From assembly GCA_034722435.1 (NCBI GenBank), contig JAYENX010000008.1:1-43502 (forward strand): 43,502 nt of DNA, written 5' to 3'. This document shows positions 37,824-43,502 of the stretch, piece after piece. This DNA is from Nanobdellota archaeon (GTDB taxonomy: Archaea > Nanobdellota > Nanobdellia > Woesearchaeales > JAHWHD01). The stretch's first letter is position 1; every line of letters starts with the position of its first letter. The position numbers and the translations under genes are program-made. The notes beneath the pieces were generated by a model that saw nothing but the letters and a program-made list of their open reading frames with translations, did no database searches and was not told where the DNA came from.

Positions 37824-39215
37824 TTAATAAATTTGTTTATAGCACCTAGGTATAGGAATTACATCTCTAATGTTAGATATCCCAGTAATAAACATTAAGA
37901 ATCTTTCAAATCCTAAACCAAATCCTGAATGAGGCACTGTACCAAATCTTCTCGTATCTAAATACCATTCGTAATCACTTTTATCCAATCCTTTTTCTTT
38001 AATTGATGCTACCAATAAATCATAATTTTCTTCTCTTTGACTTCCGCCAATAATTTCACCAATCTTAGGAACTAAAACATCCGTACCTCGAACAGTTTTT
38101 CCATCCTCATTAACCTTCATGTAAAAAGATTTAATCTCTTTAGGATAATCATATACTATTACTGGACACTTAAAATGTTCCTCCGTAATATATCGCTCAT
38201 GCTCTGAACCAATATCTACACCCCAATCAGGTTTAACATCAAACTTAACCTTTGCTTTCTTCAAAATATCAATTGCTTCAGTATAAGTAATCCGTTTAAA
38301 GGTAGCATTCGAAACAGCTTTTAATCTATCCAATAATCCAGACTCTATTTTCTCATCCATATACTTCAAATCATCTAATGAATGCTCTAACATATGTTCT
38401 ATTAATGATTTCAAAAATTCTTCTTCAAGATCCATCAAATCGTCAAGTTCATAGAACGCCATTTCAGGTTCAATCATCCAAAATTCAGCACCATGCCTAT
38501 ATGTTGTAGATTTTTCAGCCCGAAATGTTGGTCCAAAGGTATAAATTTGAGATAACGCAGTTGCAAATAACTCTCCCTCTAATTGACCGCTTACTGTCAA
38601 AAAGGTTTTCTTAGTAAAGAAATCCTTATCATAATCAATCTCATTATTCTTAGTCATTGGCGGCTTCCCAACATCAAGAGTGGTAACTTGAAACATATCC
38701 CCAGCACCTTCACAATCACTAGCAGTAATTATGGGCGTATGAATATAAAAGAATCTTTTATCATTAAAAAATTTATGAACCGCAAAAGCCAATTCACTTC
38801 TAATTCTATATAAAGCTCCAAACAATCGCGTTCTAGGTCTAAGGGTTACATTACCTCTTAAATAATCTAAATCCAAATTTTGCTTTTGCAAAGGATACTT
38901 TTCAGGATCAGCAAAACCATACACTTGAATATGCTTAGCCTGAACTTCTAAACTTTGGCCTTTTCCAGGAGATTTCACTAATTCACCCTCAATCTTAACT
39001 GAAGCCCCCAATGTTAATTTTTTAACTTCATTTTCATAATTATCTAATTTAGATTCAGCTATTACTTGTATATTATGAGAAGTTGAACCATCATTAATCT
39101 CAATAAAAGACAGAGTTTTAGAATCTCTTTTAGTCATTACCCAACCGCAAATAACTATACTTGCTTTAGGTTTATTATCTTCAAAAATTTGTCGTATTTC
39201 AGTTCTAGTTAACAT
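37824..39215 (-). CDS. asnS: Asparagine-tRNA ligase, bacterial type
   Basis: INDGS, YPLQK, LRPRT, DCEGAG, LTVSGQLE, YTFGPTFRAE...RH.AEFWMIEPE, EIIGGSQRE and RRFGTVPHSGFGLGFER. Confidence 0.96.
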   Translation of the reverse strand: MLTRTEIRQIFEDNKPKASIVICGWVMTKRDSKTLSFIEINDGSTSHNIQVIAESKLDNYENEVKKLTLGASVKIEGELVKSPGKGQSLEVQAKHIQVYGFADPEKYPLQKQNLDLDYLRGNVTLRPRTRLFGALYRIRSELAFAVHKFFNDKRFFYIHTPIITASDCEGAGDMFQVTTLDVGKPPMTKNNEIDYDKDFFTKKTFLTVSGQLEGELFATALSQIYTFGPTFRAEKSTTYRHGAEFWMIEPEMAFYELDDLMDLEEEFLKSLIEHMLEHSLDDLKYMDEKIESGLLDRLKAVSNATFKRITYTEAIDILKKAKVKFDVKPDWGVDIGSEHERYITEEHFKCPVIVYDYPKEIKSFYMKVNEDGKTVRGTDVLVPKIGEIIGGSQREENYDLLVASIKEKGLDKSDYEWYLDTRRFGTVPHSGFGLGFERFLMFITGISNIRDVIPIPRCYKQIY

Positions 39216-39359
39216 ATAATCACCCTTAACATATATTTATAATTAAAAAACAGAATACTGGAAGTATTTTTATAGTTTTAGTTTTAATTATAGATAATCA
39301 CATATAATTTAACAACAATATCGATTAATTTATATATTAAAATTGAAAATCAATAACTT

Positions 39360-40100
39360 ATGTTAGTAGACGTACACTGCCACTTAGACATGATTGAAAA
39401 CTTAGACGAATCTATAAAACACGCCATAAATACAGGTCTAAAATCAATAATTACTAATTCTGGAAATTTAGAATCATGCAAAGCAAATATCCTGATTGCA
39501 GAGTCATATCCAATTGTAAAACTTGCTCTAGGAATATATCCTCTAGATGCATTAAAAGAAAATTACAAAAAAACAATAGAATTCATAACAAAAAACATTA
39601 AACAAGCAGTCGCAATAGGGGAAGTAGGACTAGATTATCACCTCCCAGAATTCTCAGATAAAAAATCAATAGATATTCAAAAAAAAGTTTTCCAAAAACA
39701 AATAGAAATTGCAGAAAAAGCAAAACTTCCAATAATTGTACATTCTAGAAAAGCTGAACTAGACATAATCGAAATGTTAGAAAGTTCAAAACTTAAACAT
39801 ATAATTCTACATTGTTTTGGAGGAAAATTGAAACTTGCAAAACAAGCAACTGAAAATGGTTGGAACCTTTCAATACCTGCTTCAATCACTAGAGCAGAAC
39901 ATTTTCAAAAAATAGTAGAACAAACAAATATATCACAACTCTTAACAGAAACAGACTCGCCATATCAATCACCGTACTATGGACAAAAAAATGAACCGTC
40001 ATTTATAATTGAAGGCGTAAAAAAGATTGCCGAAATAAAAGGAATAACATTAGAAGAATGCAAAAAAAATATATTTATGAACTTTCAAAAAATCTTCTAA
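39360..40100 (+). CDS. tatD: TatD family hydrolase/nuclease
   Basis: DVHCHLD, AIGEVGLDY, IVHSR, LHCF, TETDSPY and NEP. Confidence 0.94.
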   Translation: MLVDVHCHLDMIENLDESIKHAINTGLKSIITNSGNLESCKANILIAESYPIVKLALGIYPLDALKENYKKTIEFITKNIKQAVAIGEVGLDYHLPEFSDKKSIDIQKKVFQKQIEIAEKAKLPIIVHSRKAELDIIEMLESSKLKHIILHCFGGKLKLAKQATENGWNLSIPASITRAEHFQKIVEQTNISQLLTETDSPYQSPYYGQKNEPSFIIEGVKKIAEIKGITLEECKKNIFMNFQKIF

Positions 40101-40139
40101 GAAGTAAGCTTTAAAAACTTCTTTCTGTTTAACATCATT

Positions 40140-41246
40140 ATGACAACAATAAAAGAAACACCATACTTTTCAAAAAAAATTGGCGAATTAGTTAAAGGGT
40201 GTCAACTTTGCGTACAAGGAAAAAAACTAGTTTTAGTTGTCACAGGTTTATGTTCAACTAAATGCTACTACTGCCCCCTATCTGACCAAAAAAAAGACAA
40301 AGACTTGGTATGGGCAAATGAATGGCAAACAGATAAAGATAAAGACATTATTAAAGAAGCAGAACTATGTAATTCTAAAGGAGCAGGTTTCACCGGTGGA
40401 GATCCGCTCATAGTACTTGAAAGAACAATTCACTTCATAAAAATTCTAAAACAACACTTCGGACAACAATTCCATATCCACCTTTACACGCCTTTAACTT
40501 TAGTTACTAAAGACAAATTAAAAGAATTAGAAAAAGCAGGACTTGACGAACTAAGATTTCATCCAGATGTAGAAGATGATAAACTCTGGAACAAAATCGA
40601 ACTCGCAAAAAACATGAACTTTGACCTGGGAATAGAGATTCCAGTCATTCCAGGAAAAAAACAAAAAACAATCAAACTTATTGATTTCATCAAAGACAAA
40701 GTACAATTCCTTAATCTAAACGAACTCGAAATGTCAGATGCAAACTGCTGCAACCTAAAAAATCACACAACTAAAGATTACTTATCTTACGGGGTTAAAG
40801 GAAGCGAAGAACTTGGCATTGAACTCCTAGAATATTGTAAAAGCACTAACTTAAATGTACACTACTGCACTACTACACTTAAAGACAGAATACAACTTGG
40901 TGAAAGAATTAAAAGAAGAGCAAAAAACATTAAAAAGCATTACGATATTACAACAGAAGAAGGTTTACTTATCAAAGCCGTAATTTACTTAGATGAACTA
41001 AAACCAGGTACAGGATATCGAGAAAAACTAAAACAGAATAATACAACAATCATCGAAAAGCTAAAAATTATACAAAAAAAGCTAAAATTTCATACAGACC
41101 TTGACGAAATAAAACCCAGATTAGTTTGTTCAAGAAAAAACCTTGAAAAAAATCTAAAACAAATCAAATTACTCGACCTAGTTCCTGCAATAGTGGAAGA
41201 ATACCCCACTCATGATGCTATTGAAATAGAAATAGAATTTCTCTAA
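40140..41246 (+). CDS. Archaeal radical SAM protein (COG2108-like, function unknown)
   Basis: GCQLC...KLVLVVTGLCSTKCYYCPLS, GAGFTGGDPL, HIHLYT, LDELRFHP and FLNLNELE. Confidence 0.88.
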   Translation: MTTIKETPYFSKKIGELVKGCQLCVQGKKLVLVVTGLCSTKCYYCPLSDQKKDKDLVWANEWQTDKDKDIIKEAELCNSKGAGFTGGDPLIVLERTIHFIKILKQHFGQQFHIHLYTPLTLVTKDKLKELEKAGLDELRFHPDVEDDKLWNKIELAKNMNFDLGIEIPVIPGKKQKTIKLIDFIKDKVQFLNLNELEMSDANCCNLKNHTTKDYLSYGVKGSEELGIELLEYCKSTNLNVHYCTTTLKDRIQLGERIKRRAKNIKKHYDITTEEGLLIKAVIYLDELKPGTGYREKLKQNNTTIIEKLKIIQKKLKFHTDLDEIKPRLVCSRKNLEKNLKQIKLLDLVPAIVEEYPTHDAIEIEIEFL

Positions 41247-41304
41247 AATAACAATATTTATATATAAACAAAGTAATTTATATCTAAAAATAAGAGGTGA
41301 TTAA

Positions 41305-41505
41305 ATGGCAATTATACCTTCCGCAGCTATGGAAAGAGTTCTACGTAATTCAGGCGCTAAAAGAGTAAGCGATTCTGCCAAAAAAGCTTTTGCTGAAATT
41401 CTTGAAAAAAGAGGAATCGCAATAGGAGAACAAGCAATAAAAATTGCAAGAAATTGTGGACGTAAAACAGTTCTTGATTCAGATATAAAAATGGTACGAC
41501 TATGA
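41305..41505 (+). CDS. Archaeal histone (HMf family) variant
   Basis: P..A..R.....GA.RVS..A and A...GRKTV...DI histone-fold signature; GAGGTG SD. Confidence 0.93.
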   Translation: MAIIPSAAMERVLRNSGAKRVSDSAKKAFAEILEKRGIAIGEQAIKIARNCGRKTVLDSDIKMVRL

Positions 41506-41759
41506 AAATAAGTATAGACACTAAAGAAGATAGTTCAGATGATATAAAGAGACTTATTTCCATGCTCCAAAGCTTTGTTGAACATAAACATCATTCCAGT
41601 TCAGATTTTAATGACGTGTTTAATAATACTCCCTCTAGTGAAGAGAAAACAGAAAAACCAGGTGGAATTTTCAATATGTTTGGCTCTACACCGACAACAC
41701 CCGCTTTACCTGAACCAGAAAAAAAATCAGAACCGAAACCAATAGTTATTGAATACTAA
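41502..41759 (+). CDS. Hypothetical protein translationally coupled to the histone
   Basis: ATGA overlap with the histone stop; short folded N-terminus and a disordered acidic/Pro-rich tail. Confidence 0.7.
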   Translation: MKISIDTKEDSSDDIKRLISMLQSFVEHKHHSSSDFNDVFNNTPSSEEKTEKPGGIFNMFGSTPTTPALPEPEKKSEPKPIVIEY

Positions 41760-42229
41760 TGAAAAAAATCGACAAACTTGCAAAGGATATTGAACTTATC
41801 AAAAAAGAAATTCTTCCTAAAGAACCTGAACATTTCAATGTAAAAGATATTATTCACGCTTTTTTCGGAGCCCTAGTCGTAGGTCTAACTTTTATGTTTA
41901 AAGGACTTCTTTTAGAATCAAGTCTAAGACTCAGTTGGACAAATATTGTTGTTATAATCATCACTACAGTCGTCATAATTACTCTTGAAATATATTTCAT
42001 AGGCTACAGCAGAGTAACTACTAAAAAAGAAAGGAAACCTGGACAATTTGTTATCAAAAGATTTATCACAGTTTATCTAATTACACTTACAGTATCACTA
42101 TTTCTTATCAACATATTCGGCATATCATCTATCGCAGGAAACGTATCAAACGTATTCAAGCTAGTATTTGTACTCGGAATGCCCTGCGGAATAGGAGCAA
42201 CCCTTGCAGATCTTTTTAAAAAATACTAA
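41759..42229 (+). CDS. DUF2391-like membrane protein
   Basis: KDIIHAFFGALVVGLTF; four TMs ending in IGATLADL; TAATG overlap. Confidence 0.7.
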   Translation: MKKIDKLAKDIELIKKEILPKEPEHFNVKDIIHAFFGALVVGLTFMFKGLLLESSLRLSWTNIVVIIITTVVIITLEIYFIGYSRVTTKKERKPGQFVIKRFITVYLITLTVSLFLINIFGISSIAGNVSNVFKLVFVLGMPCGIGATLADLFKKY

Positions 42230-42286
42230 AATAGGTAAATATATAAAGAAACTACAAAAAATTCTAACCATAATGAGGTGAACACT

Positions 42287-42472
42287 ATGTTTGATTTTTA
42301 CGTAAAAAAGTTTAAAGAAAAGAAAAAAGAAATTATGAGTATAAAAGAATTTACAAAATATGTTTCAGACGGTGTTGACTCCTTAGAAAGGCACTACGCA
42401 AGAAAAGAAGCAGAAAAAAGTATTCCAGAACCAGTTAAAGAACAACAACACTCTACAACTACAATTTATTAA
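42287..42472 (+). CDS. Small hypothetical protein
   Basis: ATG 42287 follows a GAGGTG SD; 61 aa. Confidence 0.55.
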   Translation: MFDFYVKKFKEKKKEIMSIKEFTKYVSDGVDSLERHYARKEAEKSIPEPVKEQQHSTTTIY

Positions 42473-43077
42473 ATATCAATAATTTTTCCTTTTTTACCAA
42501 CATTGATTACTTTAGTTTTACCAATCATTTCTTCAATACCTTCAGCTTCATGCACATGAGAACAAAGCAAAATATCCGGCTTAAAAGTATCAATAGCCTT
42601 TCTTACAGCTGAACTTGGAGGAACAAATGCAGAAAACTTTTCCATCATACTACCTTCAGGATGTACATGAGTTACCATAATCTTTTTTTCCAATTCCTTA
42701 AGATAATTATGACCTTTTTTTAGAAGTTGAAACATCTCTGGCTCAGATATAGGCGCAGCAGGACCAACATTAGTAGCGCCTCCAGCTCCAAAAATGCCAA
42801 CATCCTCATAAACTACAGAATAACCATGAATATTCTTAACATCATATACTTGTGCCAAAAAATCTGCAGTCGCAACACTTTCATGATTTCCGGGTATAAT
42901 CAAAACTTTTTTACCCACTTTCTTAAAAGGACCAATTATATTTTTAGTTGAACTATCAAAATGGGTTAAATCCCCGCACAATATAACTAAATCAACATTC
43001 TCTTCTTCAGCTCGTTTAGCTAATTTCTTAGCCAAATTACTATCCCCGTGTATGTCTCCAGATGCGAGTATCTTCAT
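42469..43077 (-). CDS. Calcineurin-like metallophosphoesterase
   Basis: MKILASGDIHG, LCGDLT, PGNHE, VTHVHP and SHVHE. The natural start is MKIL at 43077; the ORF-track extension to 43122 comes from the repeat. Confidence 0.93.
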   Translation of the reverse strand: MKILASGDIHGDSNLAKKLAKRAEEENVDLVILCGDLTHFDSSTKNIIGPFKKVGKKVLIIPGNHESVATADFLAQVYDVKNIHGYSVVYEDVGIFGAGGATNVGPAAPISEPEMFQLLKKGHNYLKELEKKIMVTHVHPEGSMMEKFSAFVPPSSAVRKAIDTFKPDILLCSHVHEAEGIEEMIGKTKVINVGKKGKIIDI

Positions 43078-43294
43078 TTTAATAACCTCTAAGCATTGGA
43101 GGCTTGAAAGGTTTACTTTCATTGTCTCCAGATGCGAGTATCTTCATTTTAATAACCTCTAAGCATTGGAGGCTTGAAAGGTTTACTTTCATTGTCTCCG
43201 GATGCGAGTATCTTCATTTTAATAACCTCTAAGCATTGGAGGCTTGAAAGGTTTACTTTCATTGTCTCCGGATGCGAGTATCTTCATTTTAATA
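43053..43294. repeat. 70-bp tandem array, 3.46 copies: 32-bp segment A x4 alternating with an identical 38-bp segment B x3
   Basis: A = TGTCTCC[A/G]GATGCGAGTATCTTCATTTTAATA at 43053, 43123, 43193 and 43263. B = ACCTCTAAGCATTGGAGGCTTGAAAGGTTTACTTTCAT. Confidence 0.97.
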
Positions 43295-43314
43295 CAATAC
43301 AGAACAATCTACAA

Positions 43315-43329
43315 CTTATAAAGCTTTCG
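43315..43329 (-). promoter_or_regulatory. BRE/TATA promoter driving the repeat array and the metallophosphoesterase
   Basis: Minus strand CGAAAGC-TTTATAAG, 27 nt upstream of the first ATG copy at 43287. Confidence 0.6.
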
Positions 43330-43356
43330 GAATTAGTCATTTGAAAGTAATAAAAA

Positions 43357-43502
43357 TTATTTAGATTTTTTAGGGGCAGTTATCTTCGGTAAAGGTATTG
43401 GTGACGGAAGATTCATTTCCTTACTCAAGATCAAAGCTTGAATATTACACTTAACCAGGGCCGTATTCAATATTAAAGCCATAAGAGAATCATCAAGTTT
43501 CT
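43357..43502 (-). CDS. 3' end of an unidentified gene (partial)
   Basis: Open frame from the window edge: ...KLDDSLMALILNTALVKCNIQALILSKEMNLPSPIPLPKITAPKKSK*. Confidence 0.55.
   Translation of the reverse strand, partial: KLDDSLMALILNTALVKCNIQALILSKEMNLPSPIPLPKITAPKKSK

Noticed and set aside
41660-41685. KPGG[IL]F motif shared between the histone-coupled ORF and the 26975 coiled-coil protein
   Set aside because: A five-residue match in low-complexity tails is too weak to support a relationship.
43078-43122. N-terminal extension MKVNLSSLQCLEVIK of the phosphoesterase in the ORF track
   Set aside because: It derives from the 38-bp insert; the family N-terminus MKIL..GDIHG starts at 43077 behind an SD.
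43053-43294. Functional CRISPR array
   Set aside because: The inter-repeat segments are identical, the 32-bp unit is the start of a protein-coding gene, and no cas genes are in the window. It is kept only as a repeat with a possible CRISPR-related origin.

Overview
This is an AT-rich, gene-dense archaeal chromosome segment, most consistent with a DPANN archaeon (Woesearchaeota-like). That placement is an inference from the archaeal Nop5/fibrillarin, RFC, histone, translin, TATA/BRE promoters, a BHB-intron tRNA and the Cys-rich lipoprotein families. The window is dominated by translation genes: CysRS, ValRS, GlyRS, AlaX, bacterial-type AspRS and AsnRS, bacterial-type AsnA, a bacterial-type TGT and tRNA-Phe with two introns. 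It also carries protein export and folding genes (SecD/SecF, rhomboid, FKBP and cyclophilin PPIases) and a type IV pilus/TadA-TadC-like locus with neighbouring coiled-coil and tandem membrane-protein paralogs. Several elements are missing from the ORF track: a 5'-edge SAM methyltransferase, an RHH regulator heading a two-radical-SAM operon, two small promoter-proximal ORFs, the tRNA, a structured intergenic element, and a 70-bp tandem array (32 bp x4 / 38 bp x3) that duplicates the start of a metallophosphoesterase gene. No cas genes, transposases or rRNA were recognised. The best leads for an undescribed system are the RHH-rSAM-rSAM operon, the 70-bp start-codon array, the pilus-ATPase-linked membrane/coiled-coil cluster and the TGT with an altered binding pocket. 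All family assignments come from motif recognition by eye; no database searches were run.
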